Shown here: piece after piece, positions 1 to 12,816 of the stretch | Numbering within the stretch: position 1 is the stretch's first letter | How the letters are laid out: every line of letters starts with the position of its first letter | NCBI GenBank assembly: GCA_951406725.2 | Contig: OX597832.1 | Span: 67,394,001-67,458,000, forward strand | Direction of reading: 5' to 3' | Origin: Octopus vulgaris | Taxonomy: Eukaryota | Length of the DNA stretch: 64,000 nt | The notes under the pieces: model-generated | What the model saw: only the letters and a program-made list of their open reading frames with translations | Databases searched by the model: none | What the model was told of the DNA's origin: nothing | Program-made: the position numbers and the translations under genes

Positions 1-725
<725 letters not shown>

Positions 726-1281
726 GAATGAGAGAGCATTGCATGCCATCAAAGGGACATTGGGGTAAAATTTACGAAGCCCAGTATACCCATCATGACT
801 ACCCGTCTGATAAGGGTACACTAGGCACATGCATCACAACCATATGTGAGCGACATGGTGATCTCATATCAAAATAAACAGCACATGACCGTGCAGGTGG
901 GGCCCAGTTAGAATTTTCTTCAGGTCGAGTAACCCATCCCACTCGAAAGGTCCCTGAATAAGGGTTGTTTAAGGATGTTGAACGAACCACCCATGTTTCC
1001 AGAGGTGAATTATTCAAAACCCAAAGAATTCCTCTCAACACATGGCTATGATGCTCCCCCACTACTTCTGCTCGTGATCAGAGATGCACATATCGTCAGC
1101 CACAAAGGGACATGCTCAACTTGTTAAAGTCAAACAACTGACAAGCAAATCTGTGGTATTGAGCAGAATATTTGCTGTAGCCCATCTTTTATACCAAGAC
1201 AAAACAATGTACATGTTAACACTTCCAATCAGTTAAGATCAGAAGCTATGAGAGCCACTGCCTGGTACTGCATCAGGGCAT
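726..1281 (-). mobile_element. 555-bp non-coding interspersed element flanked by (AAT)n, copy 1
   Basis: Reverse complement aligns end to end with 62712-63266 with the same boundaries (tgccctgatgcagtaccagg...ctctctcantc). Both copies have (AAT)n on both sides. Confidence 0.85.
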
Positions 1282-1318
1282 TTATTATTATTATTGTTAT
1301 TAATATTATTATTATTAA

Positions 1319-1384
<66 letters not shown>

Positions 1385-1605
1385 CATCATCATCATCATA
1401 TGTTTGACTTTTGTTTGTATTTGTAAAAGTTGGTTGCAAGCCTCAACCATAGACCTAAAGAGACAAGTTAGAATTGCATGTTGGCGTTACGCCTAGGGTG
1501 TCATATATTTGTCTTTGTACATAGCATTGTTCTAGAGAATGTATAAGACAACATAAGAAAATTATGAGTTTCAGTTCTATATTTAAGAGATTAAGTATTA
1601 TTTAA

Positions 1606-1725
1606 ATTATTTACATTATTTGCATTTGACGGATATTTGTCCTCATATGGCGTAATGGTTAAGAGCACGGGCTACTAACCCCAAAATTCTGAGTTCGATT
1701 CCAGACAGTGACCTGAATAATAATG

Positions 1726-1788
<63 letters not shown>

Positions 1789-1934
1789 TCGAAAAATACC
1801 TTAAGAATAAGAGAATGAAAGCCCAGGTTCGAAATTTCACCAAGACACCTGATGAAGGCTGGAGGGTATATCAGCCGGAACGTTGTGTTAACAACAAACA
1901 AGAAGAGGACAAATATCCTTCAAATGTAAATAAT
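1606..1934 (+). mobile_element. Composite SINE-like element: inverted copy of 3' end, tRNA-derived head, (AAT)n, hammerhead-bearing tail (copy 1)
   Basis: Head 1646-1715 has an A box (TGGCGTAATGG) and B box (GAGTTCGATTC). Tail is 1788-1934. 1617-1644 is the reverse complement of 1905-1932 with 2 mismatches. Second copy at 20633-22080. Confidence 0.8.
1844..1889 (+). ncRNA. Minimal type-I hammerhead ribozyme motif (GAA mutated to GGA in this copy)
   Basis: gacac-CTGATGA-a-ggctg[gagggtatat]cagcc-GGA-ACGT-T-gtgtt: stem I gacac/gtgtt, stem II ggctg/cagcc, palindromic minimal stem III ACGT. Confidence 0.72.
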
Positions 1935-2294
1935 TACGAGTATATTTTAAAATTTGAGATTACATAGACAGTATTTTCAGTAGGATATGAGCAGTTCCTA
2001 TGAGCACTATCTTTTGAATTTGGGGGGTCTCCTAGTATCTGGGCTAGGTAGCATTCAGGCCCTTTCGCTATCATTCGTAGGATACCTATAACAAATGGTA
2101 TTATTTTAGTCTTGATGTTCCAGATTTTGCTAATTTCTATTTCAAGATCTTTATACTTGCTCAGTTTTTGGTAGGTCTTGACAGATACATGTCGATTGAG
2201 ACAGTCATATCAATGAGGAAGCATTATTTTTGTCTGAAGTCTTTCGGTATATCTATTAGGCATGCTTTTGTCTAAAGCCTTTCAATATAATGCC

Positions 2295-2348
<54 letters not shown>

Positions 2349-2359
2349 GTTGTTATTGT

Positions 2360-2390
<31 letters not shown>

Positions 2391-2400
2391 TTTGTTGTTA

Positions 2401-2431
<31 letters not shown>

Positions 2432-4504
2432 CATTATTATTGTTGTTGTTGTTGTTGTTGTTATTATCATTATTATTAAGGTGGCGAGCTGGAAGAAACA
2501 TTAGCACGCCGGTCAAAATAGATGTAGTGTTGGTGGTGATGATGATTTTGATCATTGTGGTGATGATAGCGATGGGGTTGATGGCGACAGTTTTAGTACA
2601 ACCGTGAAATTTGTTAGTAGTGGTGGTGGGTTTTCTTGTGCCAACATTTATAACCATTATTACTACTATTCCTATTCTGTGATGAATTTTAAACATCTGC
2701 GATGTCATGGTTCGGGTAGAATAGCGGACAGTTTGAGAAAGACTGTGACAAAATAGAAAATAACAAATGGAAAACAGTGGAAGCTAAATGAAAAATTCAA
2801 ATATGAAATAATTAGAAGTGAACAAAATGCAAGAAAATATTGTGAATAGATCCGTCTGAAAATTTCGAAACTCTGATTTTACTGATGTAATGTAAGCAGC
2901 AACTCATGTGTAATGATACCATTTAGAATTGTGTATGGGGGGGATAAGAAAAGGAAGATGTTTTATTATGTACGATGATGTTAATGGTGGATGTGAAAGA
3001 AAAGTTGACAACCAGGAATTAAATGTAGGTCAATGATATTTATCTATATTTTAGTGCATAGGCAACGGAATTTCTTGAAGAAAAGCATGAAAGTGAAAAA
3101 AGAAAGACATAAGAATGTAATCCATAATGCAAAGTTAAGTGGATAAAAGAAGGAAAGGTAGCAGCAGGATGGAAATGAAATCTGAATAGGATGAAATTAT
3201 GTAAGAAAGACGAATGGCACAACAAAAGAAGGAAATAGATTTGCGAGAACGAAAGCAAGCCGAAGAATATAATCAAGAAAATAAACAAAAATAGGGTAAA
3301 TAAGAAAAAAAAGAAGATTAACAAAAAATATGAAAATAAGGGGAAAAGGGAATAATGAAACGGAGGAGGCAAAACGAAATCCTAAAGGAGTGAAATTAAG
3401 CGTTATATTGAGGGACCGTTTCCCTCAAATCAAGAGTAATATTTCGTTCAAGTATCGTAAACTGGAAAAAAAAGATATTCCAGTTCGTTAGTAAGTAATT
3501 TAACGACTCCGAAATGATATAAAGGGAATTCTCGTACAATAAGAGCAGATCTTCGAAGATAGATCTGTTATTTTTACATTTAACTGCATTATACAATTTT
3601 CTTACATTGGGATAAAATTTCAAAATTTGCTACAAACCGACACGAGTATTTTGGTTTATTTCTTAATTTGCTCTCATTTTACTACGATGGAGTGTGAGTA
3701 GCCATTACTATGTTACATGATTTTCGATTCTGATGGTAGAAAAATGAGAAACGGAATCCAACTATTTGAAATGAATGAGATTGTAATTAAGGTGTCAGGT
3801 ATTGATGTTAAATCGGATCGTGGGTTAAGCTAATTAATTACAAATAAAAAATCCTGTGCCCCCCACTAATGAAACGCTACCTTACTGTTTCTATCTCCTT
3901 CACTTTTATTCCGAGACTTGGATAAAAAATGAATTACGGACGTCGTAGTGTTGTGGGATGGAAAGCCGAACCACATTATTGATGAGCCGAAGAAACAAAT
4001 ATGACTTTTTGCAGGACATTACAGTGTAGAAAAATAAACACAATTATTGTTAGATAGGTAATCAGTTCCCGTATATTATGCAAAATCTAACTACGTCATC
4101 GATCACTCATAGTTGTCTAATTGAAATCGTTCTATGTCCTGGAATCAGTAGCCAAATATATCTCAAAATACATCCTGATTATCATTCAAAATGTCAGAGC
4201 ATATGAGATAACAAAGCAGTCCCCATTAAGCCTAAGAAGATCGGACAGTAACGCGTGAAATTATTTCATTATGTATTCTGTCCTTCCAAGTTAGGCCTAC
4301 GGTTAATCAACAACAATAAAAATCGCCTCTTTTTTTATAGTAAGTAATATATGATCAATGACGTGCATCATTGAGTGGTCATGCGTCCTGTTATAAACTG
4401 CAGCCGATCTGCAGTTTATCATATAATACAGCCTTGAATATACGCATGCATACACATATACACACAAATGTCTATGTATGGTATGTGTTTATGTGTATAG
4501 ATAT

Positions 4505-4836
4505 ATAATAACAACAGACAAAAGTATTTTCTGGTACAGTCACAATTGTTTCGTTAGGACACTTTAATTGTGACGTAAACATGGTACAGTGAGGTAAGCA
4601 TTATGCACAACATCCATAAAATTACGTAATGTGTTATTCAGCTCACAGCTCATCGGGATACTCAAACAAATAAACGCGCAATGATGACTTGAACTGAGAG
4701 TAACGTAACATAACACGTTAGCTTATAGACGTTGTTCAAATAGCATTCCACACTTTAATATGCTTACCTCACAATAAAGACAGTAAACGAAACAATTGTA
4801 GTAATACTAGGTTACACATTCGCCTGTTTTTATTAT
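4505..4836. mobile_element. Diverged inverted-repeat (MITE-like) element
   Basis: ataataacaacag...caattgtttcgtt...gtgaggtaagcat pairs with atgcttacctcac...aacgaaacaattg...ctgtttttattat. Confidence 0.5.
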
Positions 4837-5140
4837 GTCTGTAAGCCACGCTTAAGTTTACATTCATCGTTGGACACCTTTCGATACTACTGAATCTGTG
4901 GCTTATCTAGCAAATTGAACTTCTCTTTATCGATGGATTCTCAGCTATTATAATACATTACGTAATTACACGCTTCTCATCATTCTGTCTAGCCAATTTA
5001 TAGTATGTTTCAGCTTGCTATACTTCGTACCCTCATGGAACTTTTATAAATAAAGCTATATATATATACGCGTATATATATATGTACATAAATGCATTGC
5101 TTACATGCATATATACATACACGCACACACACTCACCTAT

Positions 5141-5257
<117 letters not shown>

Positions 5258-6066
5258 AATATTTGCATGTATGTATGTACTTATATATTACTAGGTGAGA
5301 TAGTCGTAAAGGAAATATGCAGTACTCTTGATTGTAATTGGTTTTCACTCGGGTTTATATGATGTTTACCAGCATCAAATAAAAATAAAACATTAAAAAT
5401 GTCGCAAAAGATAAATATTAGCCATTTAAAAAAAATCAACTTCATCGTTAGTGGACTCTGCATTCATAATAACTTGTAATTTTAAAATGGTAGGGTCACA
5501 AAAATGTAATATGTTGAGTTAAATAAGACGCAATGTTTATTCATTCATTCAGTGTATCCAAGCGACTAGTAGATAAAATTTCCCTTTGCTGATGTTTAAA
5601 TTTCGAAATCAACGCCAAAAGAAGATAATTTTAATACGATCAACTGATTAAAATTTGTGGACATTGAAGAGATGACAGACATTCAGCCATATTTTTGAAC
5701 TTCTAATGTTAACTTTCTCAAGTAACAGCTGTGAAAGCTGAAAGATAAAATACTCATATTTGCTGGTGATATTGTTTAATGTAGCGTTGTGAAGATTGAG
5801 CTATAAATTCAGCATTATATACTTTTTATTCTCTTTTTTTCACTCTCTGTTGGCAGCAAGGTCTTTTTGCGTCTGTAGTGTCACACATTTTCTTTCTATT
5901 CCTACAGAAATTTATTTATTCGGCCAATATCTCAGAAAGAAGCCATAAAATAATTAAATTTCTTCAGGTAAACACCATTCCCAGCAAGCTTCGAAAGATG
6001 GCATTCATTTCTACAGAAGAAACATAGACTTACATTTTGCCATTTTGCTTTGTAGCCCATGGATTT

Positions 6067-6098
<32 letters not shown>

Positions 6099-7183
6099 TC
6101 ATTCATTTTTTCTTTCTTTCTTTCTTCCTCCCTCTCTTTCTCCCTCCTATCTCACTCTATTTCTATCTCTATTTCTCTCTCTCTCTCTCTCCCTTCTCTG
6201 TCATTCGCTCTTTTACCTTTCTTTACCTCACCTTTCTATACCTCACTCCACATTCTATATACACCCTGCAATCTTTCTGTCACTTCCCATCTCCCTTTCT
6301 CTCTCTCATTCTCTCGCCCTCTCCCTGTCCTTAAAACGTTTTCACTATATTTGCTTATCGGATTTGTTTCTTTTTTTCGTCTTCTTTTTTTATTTACTCC
6401 TGCAATTCTTTACTATTTATTATTTGCAGTCATAAAGTAAATCTAGCTGTCAAATAAACTGCAATTTTCTTTTATAGAAATGTTCGTAGGATGAACTGTA
6501 ATGAAAATAACTTATGAGGTCTTCCTCTATGCTTCTTCATCTTTTTCTCTTCTCTTTGCTCCATTGTATTTTGTTCGATTCTATATATATTTTCTACTTC
6601 TTTATCCGCTAAGCTGTTGTTGCTCTTACATCTTTGTTCTTGGAGTTGCTAGTAACTCAATGTCTGCTGTAAAAGTAATAAGACCCCATTGCTTCAGATC
6701 TTTGGTAATTTTTGTCAAAATATTGATTTCTGTGACACTAAAGAATGTGAATGCTGCCCTTTTTCTAATCTTTGTTACCGACTTACAGACAGACTCTGTT
6801 TCTGATGAGTTATTGTATGCTGCGTGCTTTGACATTTACTCGGCTTTATTACTTTTGCATATATAGATTTCATTTCAACTGGACAGCAAACACACTCACT
6901 CACAAAACCCCATAATTTACTGCTACATATTTATCAGTCGCTCCCACACTGTTTCACAGACTTACTCTGTGTTATTTTACCTTAACTTTCACGCACGGAC
7001 ATATTTAATATCAAAAGAAAACCACTATATAATCATATAATGTTTGCATATAACTATTGTTTGACACCCTTTATCGCCAGAGAAATGGTCATTCACTTTA
7101 TAAACAACGTGCATGTATGTGTGTGTTTCTGTGCATGCGTTCGTCTATGTATACACACACACACACACGCGCGTATATAAATA

Positions 7184-7269
<86 letters not shown>

Positions 7270-7445
7270 CTTATGAGAGACACACACACACATATATATA
7301 TATATGTATACATATGTACACACACAGATATATATATATACATATACATACATATATATATGTTATATATGTATTGATATATGTATGTACATCTCTGTCT
7401 GTCTGTCTCTCTCTGTCTCTCTCTCTGTCTCTCTCTTTCTATCTG

Positions 7446-7477
<32 letters not shown>

Positions 7478-8669
7478 CGTGTACATACAGACATACACAC
7501 ACATATATATACTTGTAAATATATATATATAGACACACAAAAACATCTACATGTGTATGCGCAAACATCTACACCGTACTCTAATTTTACTGTCTTATAA
7601 GTAGAGTCGGCGACCTACACTGCTTTATCTGTCGTTAAATATTTTATTATTTCACAAATTACAAGCAAAATGACTATATTTTAGGATACTTATTCATAAA
7701 CACGACTTGGAAATCGTGGATACATTTGCTTGCAGCTATATTACACATAGTAATATTCCTGATATCTGGCCCTCTATTCGCTTTTACATTTTCGCTTTCT
7801 TATTCTTATTGATTTACTAGGTATTACCAACCTTCCCTTCCCCACCATGCTATCTCCCACCAGCATTGCTGCCAGTTCTGGCAATATTCCAATGCCTTGG
7901 CCACCACAGAAGAAGCGAAATATTTCCAAGTATTTAAACTATAATTCCGACCTCGCTTACTTGTCTTTAATGCCTCCAGGTTTTATGGAGAAGATAAGGA
8001 TGTTTAGTTGGAAAACTCTATAAATTTGTCAGACTACATTTTCCTGGCATCAGGTTTGTTAGGTCAACCGCATCATATGGTTGTGTTACAAGCAATGATT
8101 GTTTGCCCAAACTCTCTGCTATGTTCCTCAGAGTGAAAAGAATAAAATATAAAACAACGCGGATTATTGTGAAAGTCTCAAGTTAAGGTAAATACACTCT
8201 CAAGTGTATTAGGTTTACATGCCATAGCTGTAACACACTTGACTGATCATTATAATTTCCTAAAAATCGAAACCTTTTTTCGTTTATATTTTTTGGATAT
8301 ATTCGACGTGTCACTAAACGAGCCAGCCGTAGAAGCTTCTATGGCATCCAGTTACCTGCTGAAAATAGCAACCTAAAACTTTATCGTGATTTAAAAACTG
8401 AGAATGATCCATTGGATTAAGTACTTTTCAGTTCGTAAGATAGAAACATTAGTGCCGGATCAAATACTAGCCAGCAATAACAACCAAAAACAAAGAAAAA
8501 GGAATAATATGATATTGTGAATTTAGAAGTCCTTTCATTAAGATAGTATTGTATTTTAATCTACCATATTTCGAATGTAATTTAATCATCTGCATCTCGT
8601 AAAGATCTTTTTTTCACCATTTTGCAGCAAATTGTAAAGACAGGACCGATAACTCGTCAAGGGGTTCTG

Positions 8670-8732
8670 AGACTGATAGAAGTGAGGAAGGTATACCCAA
8701 ACAGACTGATAGAAGTGAGGAAGGTATACCCA
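8670..8732. repeat. Tandem duplication with a 33-bp period
   Basis: agactgatagaagtgaggaaggtataccca occurs twice. Confidence 0.9.
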
Positions 8733-9109
8733 CTAGAACTAGATTGTAGGATTAAACCCGGCGACATTTATGTCTTCCAGTCAGTACACTGGTTGAATTT
8801 GAATTCTGCACAAAGAAAAGATAAATAAAAATAAAATAAAATAAAATAAAAGGAATAGCTGATGAAATGTGGGGCGACATTCTTTCACTACTGCCAATCC
8901 ACGATAGCGAATAGCGCGTTGTTGCCAAGGTTAAGAGTATGAAAAATGAGGTTGTTCTCAAGAGAATTTGAATAGAGAGAACCAGAAAGATATAAATGAA
9001 GCATTCGTTCCGTCGTTCTAAGGACACTGGAAATTCGCTAACCAGAAACAAAAACTGTAAGATATCAAACCACTTTAAATGGAAAATCCTATTTTTTGTT
9101 ATCATATTC

Positions 9110-9505
9110 AATTCTACTCTAGGCACAAAGCCCAAAATTTTGGAGAAGGGTGGGGGGCAGTCAATTAGATCGACTCCAATATGCCACTGGTACTTAATTT
9201 ATCGATCCCGAAAGGACAAAATGCAAAGTCGACTTTGGCGGAATTTGAACTCAGAACATAAAAACAGACGAAATACCCATTTCTTTACTACCCACAAAGG
9301 GTTAAACACAGAGAGGACAAACAAGGACAGACAAACGGATTAAGTCGATTACATTGAGCCCAATGCGTAACTGGTACTTAATTTATCGACCCCGAAAGGA
9401 TGAAGGGCAAAGTCGACCTCGGCGGAATTTGAACTCAGAACGTAACGGCAGACGAATTACTGCTAAGCATTTCACCCGACATGCTAACGTTTCTGCTAGC
9501 TCGTT
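9110..9505 (-). mobile_element. Two nested/tandem tRNA-derived SINEs; the second carries a Tx1-like 3' tail
   Basis: Core ggcggaatttgaactcagaac (reverse B box) at ~9237 and ~9421. Tail ttctttactacccacaaagggttaaacacagagaggac at ~9281-9318. Confidence 0.8.
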
Positions 9506-10409
9506 GTTTCTTGTTATTTTTGCTATCATCTTAAAGCACTGAAAAACAGCGAGGGTGCATAATCAAAATTACGTCGGATCAAATGCTGGGCGGTATTTCT
9601 TTCAGCTTTCTACGTTCGGAGTTCAAATACTTCTACGATTACATTTGCATTTCATATTTCCAAGATCAATAAAATATAATGCAAGTGAAGTATTGCAGCA
9701 GATGTAATAGATTTTCCCCCTTCCCCCACCCTACAAGTGCTCGCCTTGTGCTGAAATTTGAAACCCTCATACTAAAGCATGAAAAATCGGCGAAGTAGCA
9801 AAGATTTTAGAGATTCAGAAAACATTTTTTGCGGTATTTTCAGGCGCTTACCGATCTGAGTTCTAATCTGTCACGAATAACTTTGTCACTATGCTTTAGA
9901 TCACATAATAATACTCCTCAAGAACCAGTGTTGATGGAATAGATTTATACATAAAGCGCAACGGGCCACGATCGTGGCCGTCAGGCACAGGTCGACAGAC
10001 CACGATCGTGGCCCAGATAGATGCATTTAATTTATGGGCGTCTGTTGGGGTCTAATGACACTCAAACACTCCGATACCCCCCAGAATGCAAGAGGACTAA
10101 TAGTTCTACTAATGACTTTTCAGATGAGGTAAAATTTGCCGCCATTATATACCAAGAAGATATTTTAACTATTTTTGTGTTTTTTTTAATGTGTGCATGG
10201 TAATCTCATTTTCATAAAAGTTATCAGCATAAAAGTTATCTATCATAAAAGTTATCAGCAGTGCAAATTACAGCGCTTTATGGGTTAATACACCCCAACT
10301 CACAATTACGGGTACTATACCTAAACAAAGAAACCAGTGTATTAAACAATGAAAGAAAATCTTGCTACGCTGAAATATATTAGTATTTTACGAAGCATAT
10401 AACTTTTTC

Positions 10410-10616
10410 TTAAAGGCACAAGGCCGGAAATTTGAGGGAAGGGGACTAGTTGATTTCATCGACCCCAGTGTTTCACTGGCACTTAATTCATCGACCCCGA
10501 AGGGATGAACGACAAAGTCGACCTCGGCGGATTTTGAACTCATAACTTAAAGACATATGAAAACCTGCTAAGTATTTTGCCTGGCACGCTAACGATTCTG
10601 CCCACTCACCGCCTTT
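10410..10616 (-). mobile_element. tRNA-derived SINE
   Basis: Same core (tcgaccccgaagggatgaacgacaaagtcgacctcggcggattttgaactc) as the copies at 9110-9505 and 25568-26010. Confidence 0.8.
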
Positions 10617-10765
10617 ACGAAGCTTTTCATAATGAAAATGAAAACCAAACTATTATGAATCTTGGATGAAACATATAATGCCGCTAAATTATACTGAATT
10701 CTAAATGGTGACAGTCATTGGCTTGTGTCCATGATGGAGCGTCACTTTCAAGTAAACAAATATAT

Positions 10766-11157
10766 ATTCAGATGGCTAGTACACTTTACGTTGTCGAGCG
10801 GTTACTGTTTACATCTCGTTCGGAGATTTATTAATGCTTTCAGACAGTTTTTCTAAATCAGTGACAGTGGCTGCTGGGAAAAACATTAAATAGATATTCG
10901 CAAACAGGTCTCTCCAATCGAAAATCGGTGATTACCGTACGTTGACGAGAGGCAAATACCTCGAAACTATAGTCCGTATGTATCACTTAGGTTTTCGAAT
11001 ATCCCTTTGCGAATATCAGAAGGGTAACGAAAGTGTGTCTAAAGCCAGCTGGAGATGATGATCTCCTGGGGCTATAAGCTTCAGTAACACCCACTCCCAG
11101 TGGCTAACCACATTCAGATGGCTAGTACACTTTACGTTATTCTCGTTCGGAGATTAA
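10766..11157 (+). mobile_element. Retrozyme-like unit: 346-bp monomer with terminal direct repeat and one hammerhead
   Basis: attcagatggctagtacactttacgtt repeats at 10766 and 11112. Contains the hammerhead at 10936-10980. Homologous to the reverse complement of the 47447-48248 unit. Confidence 0.75.
10936..10980 (+). ncRNA. Minimal type-I hammerhead ribozyme (U3 core variant)
   Basis: cgtacg-TTGACGA-gagg[caaata]cctc-GAA-actatagt-C-cgtatg: stems I and II pair, stem III is palindromic, cleavage triplet GUC at 10972-10974. Confidence 0.8.
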
Positions 11158-11483
11158 TTATATACTGTTTGTTCTTATATTTATGATGGTAGAAAAATTA
11201 TCAATCAGTATTGATCGAAATGTCAGACAAGGAGGAGTTTCCATTTTCAAGAGGAATTCCCAAAGAGAGTTGCTAAGTTGAATATCAGGAAGATGTTCTG
11301 TAAATTGCACATCAAAGCACCTGCCGCATTATTCGATAGATCGGGCACTACACATACAAGAGTTTAAAGTTCCTACACGCATTAACAATAATGTTTGCTT
11401 GAAGCTCTTTATCGGGCGTGGGCGCTCCATGTACTTTTAGATTTTCAATCACGACAGACTAAGGAGAGTGTTATAGCACTAAG

Positions 11484-11516
<33 letters not shown>

Positions 11517-11713
11517 CACACAAACACACACAAACACACACAAACACACACACACACAAACATACATACATACACACACATGCATATATATACACGTATG
11601 CAGAGATAAAGAGATTAGGTAGATTCATACATATTTAGATAGACAGATAAATAGATAGATAGATACTGACGGGATAAACAAGATAGACAGAGAGCGAGAG
11701 TGATAATATATAT

Positions 11714-11764
<51 letters not shown>

Positions 11765-11927
11765 TATATATATATACATATATACATATAAATATTTATA
11801 AAACTGCCATATTAGTATGGCGATAACTATTAATTTCCAGTAACGCTGCCGTAATCTCCTTTAGAGAGTACTTAGTAATTTTAATATTTCTATTATATAT
11901 ATATAGATATATATATATATATATATA

Positions 11928-12076
11928 GGCGCAGGAGTGGCTGTGTGGTAAGTAGCTTGGTTCCGGGTTCAGTCCCACTGCGTGACATCTTGGGCAAGTG
12001 TTTTTGCTATAGCCTCGGGGCGACCAATGCCTTTTGAGTGGATTTGGTAAACGGAAACTGAAAGAAGCCTGTCGTA

Positions 12077-12121
<45 letters not shown>

Positions 12122-12330
12122 ATGTTTGTGTGTCTGTGCTTGTCCCCCTAGCATTGCTTGACAACCGATGCTGGTGTGTTTACGTCCCCGTCACTTAGCG
12201 GTTCGGCAAAGAGACCGATAGAATAAGTACTGGGCTTACAAAGAATAAGTCCCGGGGTCGAGTTGCTCGATTAAAGGCGGTGCTCCAGCATGGCCGCAGT
12301 CAAATGACTGAAACAAGTAAAAGAGTAAAG
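11928..12330 (+). mobile_element. tRNA-derived SINE with internal (TA)/(TG) tract
   Basis: Head ggcgcaggagtggctgtgtggtaag...ggttcagtccc; tail ccagcatggccgcagtc...tgactgaaacaagtaaaag. Relatives at 50011-50160 (+) and 51630-52050 (-). Confidence 0.8.
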
Positions 12331-12351
12331 AGTAAGAGTATATATATATAT

Positions 12352-12420
<69 letters not shown>

Positions 12421-12633
12421 CGTACATATATATGTGTAGTTTGTCGTGTACTCTGTTTTTTTCGTTTAGGTCCGTTTCCACGTTTGTTTTTACGTTTTCG
12501 TGTCTCGTTGAGTTCTACGTCTATTTGTGGTGTCCTGTATTTACGTATATATATTTATATATGCATGTATATATACATGTAGATGTAGGTACGTACATAT
12601 ATGTATGTATGTATGCATATATTTTAGTTATTA

Positions 12634-12816
<183 letters not shown>

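Larger units (their letters stand above)
1398..2290 (-). mobile_element. R4/Dong 3' fragment (RLE C-terminus + 3' UTR), interrupted by the insertion at 1606-1934
   Basis: 1980-2260 encodes a degenerate ...TYQKLSKYKDLEIEISKIWNIKTKIIP...KIVLIGTAHIL and is homologous to 21050-21330. The 3' end (tatgtttgactttt) matches 20837-20850 and abuts (ATT/ATC)n. Confidence 0.75.

Noticed and set aside
1646-1715. Bona fide tRNA gene
   Set aside because: A/B boxes are present, but there is no proper acceptor stem or oligo-T terminator, and the two copies diverge like SINE heads.
6501-6866. Short ORFs on both strands as a possible host exon
   Set aside because: No recognisable domain and no supported splice partners.
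8860-8890. CTGATGA followed by the hairpin aatgt/acatt
   Set aside because: No GAAA or stem III/I follows, so it is not a hammerhead.
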